Assembly: GCF_006345805.1 (NCBI RefSeq)
Contig: NC_043006.1
Coordinates: 78,182,001 to 78,246,000 of the forward strand
Direction of reading: 5' to 3'
From: Octopus sinensis
Taxonomy: Eukaryota
Length of the DNA stretch: 64,000 bases
The notes beneath the pieces were generated by a model, which was given only the letters and a program-made list of their open reading frames with translations, was not told where the DNA came from and did not search any database. Position numbers and translations under genes: made by a program. Shown here piece by piece: positions 11,193 to 24,216 of the stretch. The stretch's first letter is position 1. Each line of letters starts with the position of its first letter.

Positions 11193-11590
11193 ATATCATC
11201 ATCATCATTGTTCGACCGTGGTCGAGACAATGGAATTTACCATGCTACGCCAGACTTCACGGTCCATCATGGCATTACGGAGGTCCTGTTGCTGGATGCC
11301 TGTATCCCTGGAGATTACATCAGGGTAGGAGAGTGTGCGCCCTCTGGTATTGTGAGTAGATGGCTTCCAGAGGAGAAGAGTAGAAATTACCTCTTTTTCA
11401 GCTCTACAACAATGTCCAGCAAACTGGACTCTCTTACCTTTCACAAGAGATAACACGGGTGGTAGTTTCCCATATATTTGCATTTTGGTTGGATGGCGCT
11501 TCCACGAGAGATTTTGAGCTCTCATAAGGAGGCGAATGTAAGTTCCATCCAACCGCCTCTCAATGTGTATATAGTCACCGTAAAATACGC
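11193..11590 (-). mobile_element. 5'-truncated RTE/RTE-X-like LINE 3' end
   Basis: RLDGTYIRLLMRAQNLSWKRHPT...RVQFAGHC...AMMDREVWR matches the RTE-clade C-terminus. It ends in a (TGA)n tail at 11194-11207. Confidence 0.8.
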
Positions 11591-12254
11591 AGAAAACCAT
11601 GGGGATCCTACTTTCTACAGTTAATTCAGTGATTCTGCAATTCACCAGAGAGAAGAAGGTGTCTACATCACCTTGTCCAGATCAATCAGGGCCCTCTGAC
11701 AGGACCCTTCTCTTTGCTAAGAGAAGTGTGATGCTCTCTTTTTTTAAGTTGGTGAATGCTGCCATAATCCTTGCCTTCCGTCATCTTTGCCGTTACAAAA
11801 GTTTTGTTGATCTCTCACTGAACTGCACCCCACACATAATAATCTAGGGGGTTGCAGCGTGGAGAGTTAAGTGGCCAGTTGTTAGGGGTAATATAGTCGC
11901 AGAAACTGTCTAAGGAGAATCAACTTTTAAATATCATATGGGAATAATATTTGAAGTTGTTACTGTTGTTATTGTTGTCACATGTTCACATTCAATTCCA
12001 GATTTTTCAACTAACACATATAAATTAAAAGGCATAAATTTTCTAAAAGAAAATCATTCTTGATGAGTCTCTGAAACGAGATGAAAGCGCCAAATAATTA
12101 ATCATCCAAATTTCTGACTAACCTCCATTTTTTTAATATCTAAAATCTGTACACTTCAAATCACACACACATGTATATATAAATATATATATACATACAC
12201 AGATACATACACAAGTAGTATGTATGTATGCATATATCTATATATATATATATA

Positions 12255-12420
12255 TGTATCACTGTTTCCGAAGAAGGGATGTTATTAATAAATATCCTAG
12301 AAACAGCTGTAAGATCTATTTATAAATGCTTTAATATCTATACAGCCTTGGTTTTTATCTTATTGCGCAAAAACATTCTTATATACATATATATATATAT
12401 ATATACACACATACATACAC
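12255..12420 (+). mobile_element. PLE-type terminal fragment with a hammerhead-like motif (same family as 53125-53432)
   Basis: CCGAAGA-AGGGAT..ATCCTA-GAAACAGCTGTA-AGAT at 12264-12315. The downstream sequence matches 53360-53412. Confidence 0.65.
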
Positions 12421-13097
12421 ACTACTTGAAAAATGCTGTTATGTTCATAAACTACGAAAATTTGAAAATATTAACAATTCTAAAATCGAACAGTAGCCGG
12501 CATTGTATAGAAATGCTATTCCACTATACACAGCCTTAATTATTTTTGAAGTGCTCAATCTTGACATCAATCGCCATTCCTTCCTTACTAAATCGCTACT
12601 CAGATTTTGCCTTCTTCACGCAACCACCTGTCTACTTATAAACCCAACGCCTACACATCAGGTTCAGTTGGGACAAACACTCACAGATAATTGCCATCAG
12701 CATCTGTTTAAACGTTTCCACACGCTCCATTTTCTGTTTTGCACTTACGGACAAAATGCTTAACATTCTCTTCTGAATCCTGAATCCACATAAAACTATC
12801 GTTCAAATGGTCAAAACTATTGGATGTATGAATCAACAAATCGAGAATTTGCAGCTTTTCAAATAGATCACCACAAAGTTCTATTCTCTCGTCAACACCT
12901 TTAAACCCATTCATCCACAACATTCTAGCACTTTCTCAAAGCATACACAGATGACATCATATTTACATACCTACATCGATTGCATCCCTACATTAATTAC
13001 ATACAAACATCGCTACAAAATGACAGACATCAACGTTTATCAGTGTCTCTCTTCTTCCACCCAACACCAAAGAATTACAAATATTAAAATTCAACTG

Positions 13098-13252
13098 TAG
13101 TAGTTGTGTGGTAAGATGCTTGCTTCCCAACTAAATGGTACCAGGATCAGTCACACTGTGCGTCACCTTGAGCAAGTGTCTTTTACTATAGCTTCGGGTG
13201 GAGCAAAGCTTTGTGAGTGGATTTAGTATACGGAGATAGAAAGAAGCTCGTC

Positions 13253-13256
<4 letters not shown>
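13098..13256 (+). mobile_element. CORE-type SINE 5' half
   Basis: TGTGTGGTAAGATGCTTGCTT...CCTTGAGCAAGTGTCTT...GAAAGAAGCTCGTCG. Confidence 0.8.
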
Positions 13257-13317
<61 letters not shown>

Positions 13318-13380
13318 TGGAGTAAGCACATAGATGCGAAACAAGGTGGGAAAAAGTACTCGAATGCCGGAGGTAGAGTA

Positions 13381-13544
13381 ATATGCTTTATTAAAAAACA
13401 GCAGAAATATCACAAAAACTGTTACTCAGAGTTTCACGTTCTCGTTCGTCGGCCAGTTTTGTTTAGAATATCCGACGAACGGGAACGTGAAACTCTGAGT
13501 AACAGTTTTTGTGATATTTCTGCTGTTTTTTTAATAAAGCATAT
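13381..13544. ncRNA. Foldback element with a minimal type-I hammerhead ribozyme fold (complete on the minus strand, 13414-13460)
   Basis: Arms 13381-13452 and 13472-13544. The minus strand reads AAAACTGG-CCGACGA-ACG-AGAA-CGT-GAAA-C-TCTGA-GTA-ACAGTTTT. Confidence 0.7.
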
Positions 13545-14018
13545 ATATATATATAAATATTTATATATGTATGTATATTGGGTGGGGGTGTAAGCAAAGT
13601 ACTCATATCAATATATAAGGTATATTAAGTTCATCAAATACAAAATAGGTATATATGTATACATATATAAAGGTCCAACTTACACAGATTATATATGACG
13701 GAAAATTAAAGGTGGGGAAGAAAATTATGACAATCCAACAGCTGTTTCTGGGTTCTCAGAAAATGCGGCCGTATGAATGCATTTAGCATAGGATGAGACG
13801 AGACTCCGTCTTCAAGGAAGAGATCTTACATTTCAGACCTTAAGGCAGAGAAGTTCAAAGAATTCCTCTGCTTCTATACCCGCTCAACCAGATCCTTCTT
13901 TTGCCTTTTTTTTACCTTGTGGAATATCCCTTGTAAAGACATCGGCGTCTAAGTTTGTCTCTTTTGTGTACTACTAAGTGTATCTTATACGTAGAATATC
14001 TGGATCTCAACTGTGAAG

Positions 14019-14105
<87 letters not shown>

Positions 14106-14149
14106 TGTGTGTCTGTGTATGTGTCTGTGTGTCTGTGTGTGTCTTCGTC

Positions 14150-14370
14150 TGTGTCTGTGTTTGTCCTCCACCAAAGCTTGACAACTGGTGTTGGCGTGTT
14201 TACGTCTCCGTAACTTAACGGTTCGGCAAAAGAACCCGATAGAATAAGTACCATGCTTTAAAAAAATAAATTCTGAGGTCTATTTGTTCAACTAAAACCC
14301 CCCTCAAGGCATTGCTCCAGCATGGCCGCAGTGTAATGACTTAAACAAGTAAAATATGAAATATAGAAAA
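14150..14370 (+). mobile_element. 3' half of a CORE-type SINE
   Basis: CTTGACAACTGGTGTTGGCGTGTTTACGTCTCCGTAACTT...CAGCATGGCCGCAGTG..GACTTAAACAAGTAAAA. Confidence 0.8.
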
Positions 14371-15329
14371 TAAACAATGAATGCGCACAGACGTCATCCT
14401 TTGTACAAAACATACAAAACTCATTTAGAAGGCACAGTAAACAAAGTCAAAAGAAGAATTAATATGTGTGACGCACATACATGTACTACATTTCATTAAG
14501 AAAAAGGAGTGAAAAAACACAAGATGGGTGTACATATATAATGCAAAAGACACATCACAGATTATGCCAGCCTTGCCTGTGTATTTAAAACTATCACAAG
14601 AAACCACTTTAAGCTTCAAAGGAATCTAAAGCAATGCACTACACTGACTAGGCCCAGAGAAACATTAAATACCACATAAATACACAGTCGCTTCCAAATG
14701 CTATATAAGTATATTCGCCAGTATTAAACAGTAAGTGAAGAAGAATAGCCACTTTCATACTCTGACCGAGTCCATCGTGCGCTCAGCTTCTGTAGTCTTC
14801 ACCGGAATGTACAGACATGCAGAAATAGACTGGAGGATTGAGAGAATTCGCGTCCATAATCTCACACATTGTCGGGGCGTGGAATGTTTTCATCAGCTAG
14901 AGAATTTTATGGCATATCCAAACCAATAATTTTGTGTATCTCACTTTGCATTTTCGGCCGAAAACCTGTACATCATAGTTTTTCTCGTTTAGCACCGACA
15001 CAGATTTAAGCAAAAATCGACAAAAACGATTACTTAAATCAGCATTCTGCTATATCATTTATCTTTACCATATTGTCAGATATTCAGATAGCTATTGTTA
15101 TTTTGTGATATTGGTGATAGAGCTGAACAATATAAATGAGTTAGGCAGGTGGTGCTTTCCATGCTGTAGAACTTGACGGAGTATATTAGCTGAGTTATGT
15201 TTTTCTTGTATGAATAGGTACCTAGATTGTGCGATACAGCTCCTCAATCCAGGGAGGGTGATATTTTCCAGTACGCCGACAGAAGTTTATCCATATGTTT
15301 ACATCCTCTGCAAACCTCAGATCTGGAAT

Positions 15330-15560
15330 TCAGCAATGTGGTGGAGTTCTTGTATCTAAAAAAAGGATCTATGATCTTTCAGCTACGCATAGCTTACATT
15401 TCTTTGATCCGTTGACATATGGTGTGGGCTTTTCCATTATTTTCCACTTAAATGTATGCGGTGTGGTATTAGATTTCAAACATCACACGTGGCTCTCCTA
15501 CATAGTGGCTTTTCTTTTGTCCCTTTATCGAAAGAAGGTATGTTGTTAGCGAGTATATAT
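15330..15560 (-). mobile_element. PLE GIY-YIG C-terminal relic
   Basis: The minus frame reads LKSNTTPHTFKWKIMEKPTPYVNGSKKCKLCVAE, matching the PLE motif WKIL...PY.NGSKRCNLCL.EK. Confidence 0.65.
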
Positions 15561-17020
15561 GTGCGACCTTGTGGCTGGATGTGTGCATGTTTGTTAGTGT
15601 ATTGGTGTGATAAACGAATGAGTTGCATTATATGCTACATTAAGAGAAGACAAGTTAAATAGTTTCTAACTTAAGTGTTTTGCATAGTGATACAATTAAG
15701 GTGTGGCAAATATAAATATATGAACAGCTATCGCTTAGTTATACGCTACATAACTGAGCGTGTTTGTGTGTTATATTGAGCTTAACAACTGAAGAATTGA
15801 GACGTGAATATATGAGAAAATCTGATCTAATCTATAAGAGGTGGTAAATTTAGAGTGGCATATTGCCGCCGTGCTACACAATACATTTCCGACTGAGATA
15901 ACATTTTATTGCATTCACTAAAGAAAAGCATGTCACCATCTAATTAATAACTTTATATGTTTATAACTATAATGACGGTACATATTTTAAAATCAACCAA
16001 TTATTTATTTTGTTTATCATACACCCAGGCAATGAATGTATAGTTTTGAATTATATTCATAGTTGACCCAAACAACTGCATTTCTGAAGCTAATTCTTTA
16101 CCTACAATGCGTAGTGAATGTTAAATATCTTCAAATTTCATACCACATGTCACATAATTCATACGTACATACATTTGTTAGTCATATATTTTCTATTGCT
16201 ATTATGTGTGTCAACTGACATTCTTCTATTGACCAGGTTAACACTAGTATGACACCTTTGTCAAGGTCATACGAAAGTCATTGCAACGTATTGTCAATTG
16301 TCTTTCGGTAATAAGTCAAAGTATTGATGCATCATGAAACTAGTTATCCGAAATTTATTTAATTAAACCTAAAATATCAGATAAAATGTAAAGTCTAATT
16401 GTACGAAAATATAAATATTCCTTTAGATTTTATGAATAGCTAAACAATTAAATTAGTTCATCGAATTGATTTCTCTTTAGTGATTAAGGAATCAAGAAGT
16501 GAATAAAAAAGTTACTATCTAATTTGTATTGAACTTGGTTATGTATAAATGTCATTAGACTTAACAACATTACTAATATTCTATTCTAGAAATATCTAGT
16601 TCAAAGAAAATTAATATAATAAATTAGCTGAGAACAACAAAAGCTTATGAAAAGTAGTTTTTTCCCACAGATATTATGTTTAAAAGCGTGATTCTCAATA
16701 TTACACATTTTAAAAGCGGCGCGTTGATAGAGTCGATACCTCGCCGGGCAAAGTGCTTAGTAACAACTCCTCCACCCTTACGTTCTGCGCTTAAACACCT
16801 CTATTGTCGAGTTTTCTTTTTCTCCTGTCGGGGGTCGATAGAACAAGTAGCACTTGAACAGTACGATTGATAGCCTTGTGCCAAAATGCTTCTTCTTCTT
16901 CTTGTCAATCTTCCCCAGAAAATATGAGCACTTGTATGTTTGAATGTAGAGAAGCAGTAATTATACGACAAGCTACACTTTTTAATGGTGAGAATGTTCA
17001 ATATGTAAATGACTGAATCT

Positions 17021-17400
17021 TCTCTTTTACTCTTTCACTTATTTCAGTCATTTGGTGGAGCAAATCGACCCCAGGACTTATTCTTTGTAAGCCTAGTACT
17101 AATTCTATCGGTCACTTTTGCCGAACCGCTAAGTTACAGGGACGTAAAAACACCAACATCGGTTGTCAAGCGATATTGGAGGACAAACACAGACACACAA
17201 ACGCACACTCACATATATATATATATATATACATATATGCGACGGGCTTCTTTCAGTTTCGGTCTACCAAATCTACTCACAAGGCTTTTCGGCCCCAGGC
17301 TATAGAAGAAAACTCTTGCCCAAGGTGCCACGCAGTGGGACTGAAATCGGAACCATGTGGTTGGTAAACAAGCTACTTACCACACAGCCACACCTGCACC
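17021..17400 (-). mobile_element. Near full-length CORE-type SINE
   Basis: Reverse complement of the family seen at 27976-28384. Confidence 0.9.
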
Positions 17401-19664
17401 TGAAGAAAATTATAAGATATAACGAACTATTTGCCATACTTTTCTTTTTTAACAGTTTCCCACCAAAGAGGTAGTAATTGATCAAATAGGTAATTATAAT
17501 CACATCAAAAAGGTAATTATAATTTATGTGACTTTGCAATATGTATGAGAGAGAGTATTTATCTCCGATGCATTTATCGCCTTCTTTTCAATTTCTCAGG
17601 AAAATTACTCGAGGTGCTACACTAGATCTTGTACCCTTTACTCAAAGTTTGGGACATCATTTAACATACTGTTGTTAATATGATAACCACGACAGACTCT
17701 CTACTTTGTGCTTGCTCTGAAGAACATTTTGAGCTATTAATCATTTGGGATACATTATATATTTACTCTATTGGCGGGAGAATTTGTTGCATGCGCATCG
17801 TTAGATGTGGTCTCTCTATTCAGTATGATGCAGGTTTGAGTTTGAAATGTTAAGTTGTGTAGTTATTGTTGTAACTGTGGCCAGATGTATTGAGAATCAT
17901 ATCACAGGCCGAACAATGAATAATTTGCATATTATATGCCATTTCATTATTTGCCACTTGGTTTTTCAAGAGCACTATGTCATAGAACCACGAGACTCGT
18001 TCAATGATGTCATCCATACAAGTCGTGGCTCGGTATCTACCGTCTAGCTTTTCATGCTGCATGACAATTATGTAACAATTAAAAATTTTTAAATCCTTCC
18101 TCATACTGCGCTGAAAGTGTTCAATAGATGTCTCTCCTTGATACACATTTTCCCCTGAAAATCGTTCCTTGAATGCTGAACTTAAAAACAAACATAAGGA
18201 ACGACCATGGTTTATATAGAAACAATGTCAAGCTTACATTATAATGAGAAGACGACTATGGATAGTTATACGTGCAGAATTAATTTTTCTCCCAATAGGA
18301 AAAATTCTACGTAGAGTGCTGGTTAATAAGCCATATTACTTTGTATATATTTTCATCATTATATTATAACAATAATATAATCAATTTGGATGACAGAGCA
18401 TCTTCGTATTAACCTAGTTCCATAATAATTCCGAATTCTATTTTGTTGCTGAGATTATCGACATGGATACACTCACAAATGATTGGTGCTTAAAATATTC
18501 ATGGCATCACTTTCGTTGAGTTTTGTCATCCCTTGTTTGAAAATTAATGCATTGGTTTTAACAGATAATGGGATACACAGTTCATATGCCTGATATTGAT
18601 TAGATCAAATCTCGATTGGCATTACTTCGATTGCTATTATCGTTGTTATCCTCATTATATCATATCTTTCAACATCGCAGCAAAAGCAAACCATCTGCAT
18701 AATCACTATTATCACTACCATCATCATTATCATTATTGTGACCTCATCATATTGAGCCTTATATGATAGTGTCTATTATTTTACCCACATGGAATTATCG
18801 CTGGCACATGATAATAATAAAAGAATGATTGAATCGAATATATTTTAGCTATAATCCTTTTTATTTCATCATGAATAAATCGGAGTTTTTAAAACGATTA
18901 AAACCGGTAGCTTATTAGATAAAAAAAGTAATTTAGATAAAAATGTAAAGCATTTATTATCACTTTCTTACCTTTTCCATAATGTTCTTCTTTTTGTGAT
19001 ACATAACACACACATATAATAATATTCATGTATGTGCATTGGTATCTAGAGATTTAAAGCCCCTGCTAAAGTTTCATATGGCAGTAGTACCACGTTGGGA
19101 TTCATGCAAATACTCTCAACACAAGCAAGTATATTGTAGATATATTTATCTGTAATGTAAGCATTTATCATTAAGTCGCACGTCAGAAATTTAAAGTACA
19201 TATTTCAGATGAACTGGTCGGCGACTAAACCTTCAATCTCCCAGCGGGCTCAGAAATAAAACCTGTCGAATTGCAAAAGAGACTTTTACAGAGACGCCAA
19301 ACACGAATTGTCCTGAGGGAAAAGAAACAACGCCATAACGTCATCGGTTCAAACGAGTGGTTCTCAACTGGGGACCTTGAGATTTTGAGGTGAACGCAAG
19401 CAAATTAATAAATTGGGGACTCACTGTAGTTTATTGAGAGTTCATATAAAAGGTTTGATTTAGATCAGTAGCTCCCAATAGCGGTTCCCAAAACTTTTAT
19501 ACTTTTATTTAAATGAGTTTTCCCACGGCCCCCTTTTAATATATTTATCCGTATATATATATATTATATATATTATATATATATATATATATATAATATA
19601 ATATATATATATATATATATATAATATAATATATATATATATAATATATATATATATATATCAC

Positions 19665-19950
19665 CGTGATCACCGTGACAAACCAGGCTATCAGATGTTG
19701 CTACACATCGCTGGTCACAATGCGCTTCGCATTGTTTTTTAGCCTTCAAATGACGCCACCCCGCTTAGCCAGCAACAGACGAAAGAGTGAGAGAAAGTTG
19801 TGTGAAAGAGTACAGCAGGGATCCCCCCCCCTGGCGGAGCCTCGTGGAGATTTTAGGTGTTTTCGCTCAATAAACACACAACGCCCAGTCTGGGAATCGA
19901 AACTGCGATCCTCCGACCGCGAGTCCGCTACCCTAACCACTGGGCCACTC

Positions 19951-19951
<1 letters not shown>
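19665..19951 (-). mobile_element. tRNA-derived SINE of a third family
   Basis: The minus-strand head GTGGAGTGGCCCAGTGGTTAGGGTAGCGGACTCGCGGTCGGAGGATCGCAGTTTCGATTCCC has A- and B-box-like motifs. The tail matches 52928-53056 and the head matches 60160. Confidence 0.85.
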
Positions 19952-19994
<43 letters not shown>

Positions 19995-20000
<6 letters not shown>

Positions 20001-20560
20001 GTAAAAAATAAATACAGACATGGACAAGAACATGAAACACCAAAGAGACGACACGAGAACCACAGGACGGGACATTCGAAGCCCTCAGTCATCAGTCAAG
20101 AACCAGATCATCTTCGCAATTTCGGCTGATTAATCTTGAGATTGCACCGATCTGGGCAGCCCGCCAAGGGAAATCTAAGCCAAGCGCATTAGATCCCCTG
20201 GAAGAAAGCTTCGAATGTATACAACACGAGGACGGAAAACGAACGAAGTACACGAACAAAAATACAGAATACGTGACACCAATAAGAATACAAAAACGTA
20301 AAAACAATAACGGTAAAGATAAAAAACAAAACAAAACCAGGACGTAGGACAAGGGTCTTTCGACAGGACGAGTTGAGTTTGGGGCTGGCTTATGAAGTTG
20401 TGCCTAATGGCCGCAGGGAGACGAACAAATACGTGTTGCTTCAACGGCTGCTGGAACGAAAAGGGCGCTCAGCAGTGGCTAGCGGTCACGTGAGAATAAA
20501 AGACAGGAGAAAGGGACAGATGAAAAGAGAGGTGGACGAGGGAGGAGAAGAAAGAGACAT
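19995..20560 (-). mobile_element. Probable PLE/LINE-derived terminal fragment between (TA)n tracts
   Basis: Strong strand asymmetry, (TA)n on both sides, and a degenerate CTGATGA...CGAATG motif near 20070-20098. Confidence 0.4.
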
Positions 20561-20959
20561 ATATATATATATATATATATATATGCATAAATTCTATAGG
20601 TTTAAAACCTTTCATCAGATCTCCATGAATCGAACTTTCTTCAATGCAGTTAATCCTACAACCTCTTTTATATCTACCCCTTTTGATGTTTGGGAATTCT
20701 CTGATATTGTTTCGGCTGACGAGTACGAGCCATCTGTATTCACTGCATTTTTTGTAGCTTATTAAAGATGTCCTCGTACGAAACGATCGTACCGAGATTT
20801 TAATCCATTCTTGTTGCTTTTTTCCTATTTATAATCACCCCACTTGTCGTATGGCTAACACCATATAGATATCCGGTGCATCCTAGTTAAGGACCATATG
20901 CATGTGAATTCTTTAGAATTCACTAGAATCTCAATTACTTAACCGTATATATATATATA

Positions 20960-20998
<39 letters not shown>

Positions 20999-21421
20999 CC
21001 ACCCAGCGAACTTCCAACATGGGTCATCACAATTGCTTAAGGTAAAAATGAATTCCTCGCTCTTTCGGAAACATCAATCTTCTGTATTGACCGCTTTCCA
21101 CCACTTTGATCTGTTTTTTGTATTGAATACGTATCGCCACCGTGGGCCACTGCATCGAACACTTTGAACATATACTTCAAACTATATATCAACTATACAT
21201 GAACTATATATCAACTATACATGAACTCTAAGATGTCTGACTCCGTTGTGTATTATAAATGAATTTCTTGTGTTTGACGGCATGAGCTGTCTTTTTTTAT
21301 ATATAACTTTTTTTGATAAGGTTCATTTCAGGAACTGAAACATGTTATAATGTATATATAAAAATTAAAAATTGTATAATACAGCAGCATTTTCGAACTT
21401 CATTTTTTACAATATATATAG

Positions 21422-21454
<33 letters not shown>

Positions 21455-22405
21455 ATATATATATAATATATATATATATATATGTATATATGAAATATTG
21501 AATTTAGTTCACGGGCCTCCAGTACTACATTGCGGACCATTGGATTGACCGCAGACCCCAGATTGAGAACCACTGATGTAGATGTATGTATTAACAGATG
21601 AATTTATTCCTCGGACATTTTACAAGTTAACATGTGAATAACAATATCAGAATTTTGAAAGAAGGATCTGTAAAACTACTTTTTAAAATCCTGGTCCACC
21701 AGGAGAAAATCGTAATGAAACGGGTCCATGGGTAAAAGATCTTTGAGAATCATTGGCTGGAAGAAAAATTGCTGTTGTTCTACGTTCTCCTCAGGATACG
21801 TAGTTTTTCAAGGATTACTCATTGAAGTATAAAATTAAAAAAACACAAATAGTTTACTTTTATTGATATCACATTTATCATATTTATTTTCATATGAACG
21901 AATTATAAGTGTTAAACAAAATTTAATGTGCAAAATATTTCTTTATTGTTTCGATTTATATCATTCAATATTTGAGAAAATTTCGAGGAGTTAGTTCTTT
22001 GGAGGTTGTAGTTCATTAAAATATGTTTTCCGAAAATTCAATTACGTAACCAATTTTGTAGTTAATGATTTCTGTAAAATTTTCTAGCTTGATTTACACT
22101 TTTAATCATAATTGACAAAAACCATCATAGCACCAGGTAATAATGTAGTTGAGAGGGAAAATGTACCTAAACATTTTTTTTAAATATTACTGAACAATAT
22201 GTTTTGCTAATAAATAAATTTATAAATCAAGCGTCAATTTAATACAGTGTCATCATTCAATATGAAAGGGGTGCTAAAAACAACAGGTGAAGAAATACAC
22301 AAAAACATAATACTAAAAATGTACCACGACTACACAAACACGCAAAAAAACACCCAACATATAGTATGTATGTATGATGCATATATATATATATATATGA
22401 TATAT

Positions 22406-22483
<78 letters not shown>

Positions 22484-22644
22484 AATCTAAATCGAGACTC
22501 CACTAGAGTGGACGCAACCGCATATATATATGATTTATAAAAACGTGACATATTAATAAATATCAGTAAATATAAAACCTCCAGATTTCTGAGTACCTTA
22601 TTTCTTCTGATATATATATATATAATATATATATATATATATAG

Positions 22645-23146
22645 TATATATATATAAAACTCTAGTTGTGTGAGTGTCTGTCCCCTTCGATTTAGATTCC
22701 TACCCTCCCACATTTTGCGGTGCAGTTTAACCAATTCGGGTATCTATAGTCGTGATTCATATCGAGCCCGTCTGAGTATTAGCGCGCATCAACGATGAGT
22801 CTACGATTTTAAAAATAATTTAACATCATTTTTAATTCCATTTCAATGCATAATTTTTCGTGTGTCGATGGCGGCGGAGTTGGCGTCCATGGTCACACCT
22901 GCACCTGTTTGCTTCTCCCCATTCCTCCCTCGTGAAGCTGTGGGAAAGGGTGTGTAAGGAAATTAACGTCGTAATGCGTTGTCAAGGAGATCACGTTCTT
23001 TTAGAACAACGACTTCATGGCTTGAAGACACCAAAACAGAAATGCTAAGAAAGCCCGAATTGCATCTATAAGGGAAGTAACTCTCTAAAAATGCTTATAT
23101 AGTTATTTTCCCTTACAAACCGAGCAACGCCGGGCGATACTGCTAG
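22645..23146 (+). mobile_element. Non-autonomous Helitron-like element, copy 1
   Basis: 5' (TA)nTAAAA start, 3' GC-rich CCGAGCAACGCCGGG followed by CTAG and then T. Confidence 0.75.
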
Positions 23147-23651
23147 TATATATATATATATAAACTGTTAGTTGGTGAGTGTCTGTCCCCTTCGATTTAG
23201 ATTCCTAACTACTCCCACATTTTGCGGTGCAGTTTAACCAAATTCGGGTATTTATAGTCGTGATTCATATCGAGCCCGTCTGAGTATTAGCGCGCCGTCT
23301 ACGATGAGTCACGATTTAAATAATTAACATCATTTAATTCCATTTTTAAATGCATATTTTTCGTGTGTCGATGGCGGCGGAGTTGGCGTCCATGGTCACA
23401 CCTGCACCTGTTGCTTCTCCCCCTTCTTCCCTCCCTCGGGAAGCTGTGGGGAAGGGAGTGTAAGGAATCAACGTCGTAAAGCGTTGTCAAGGAGACCAGC
23501 GTTCTTTTGAACCACGACTTCATGGCTTAAAGACACCAAAACAGAAATGGCTAAGAAAGCCCGAATTGCATCTATAAGGGAAGTAACTCTCTAAAAATGC
23601 TTATATAGTTATTTCCTTACAAACCCGAGCAACGCCGGGCGAGACTGCTAG
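23147..23651 (+). mobile_element. Non-autonomous Helitron-like element, copy 2 (tandem)
   Basis: A diverged direct copy of 22645-23146, ending CCCGAGCAACGCCGGGCGAGACTGCTAG. Confidence 0.75.
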
Positions 23652-24216
23652 TATATATATATAAGTGAGTGTGTGGGAGAAGAGAGAGATGTATATAATA
23701 CACATTAATGATATATACATAAAACAATGGTAATATGCGCCAATGTATAGGTGTATATATATATAATCTATATATATATATATATAATATATATATACAT
23801 AGACATGTCTACCACATATATAATATATATACATATATATTTATATGTAAATTATGTATATATAGTATGTTGTTTGTGTGTGTGTGTGTGAATTAATTAT
23901 TTATAGGCATGTTTTATATATACATACATTATATATATAGATATATATGTATATTATGTATATAGATAGTAGAAATACATATATATGTATGTATATATAT
24001 ACACACATATATATGTACATATGTATACAAGTTCATATGTTTTATATAGCATGGCCATTTTATATTTATATATCTATATATATGTATACATGTATGTATA
24101 TATATATGGATTATATAATATAATATAATATATATATATTATATATTATATATATAATATATAGATATATATATATATCTATTATATATATTATATATAT
24201 AATATATATATATATT

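Noticed and set aside
12520-13090. C-rich non-repetitive stretch, possibly a PLE relic
   Set aside because: No motif could be read with confidence in any frame.
19050-19210. Minus frame DLMINAYITDKYIYNILACVES..VLLPYETLAG, loosely like a TIR N-terminus
   Set aside because: It is bounded by in-frame stops, no compatible donor was found, and the pattern has low specificity.
20070-20105. CTGATGA hammerhead-like core on the minus strand
   Set aside because: GAAA is replaced by GAAT and the stems do not close.
19355-21575. Apparent hAT-type TIR pair (GAGTGGTTCTCAACTGGGG / CCCCAGATTGAGAACCACTG) enclosing 2.2 kb
   Set aside because: The 8-bp flanks differ (GTTCAAAC versus ATGTAGAT) and other MITE ends lie nearby, so these are probably separate fragments.
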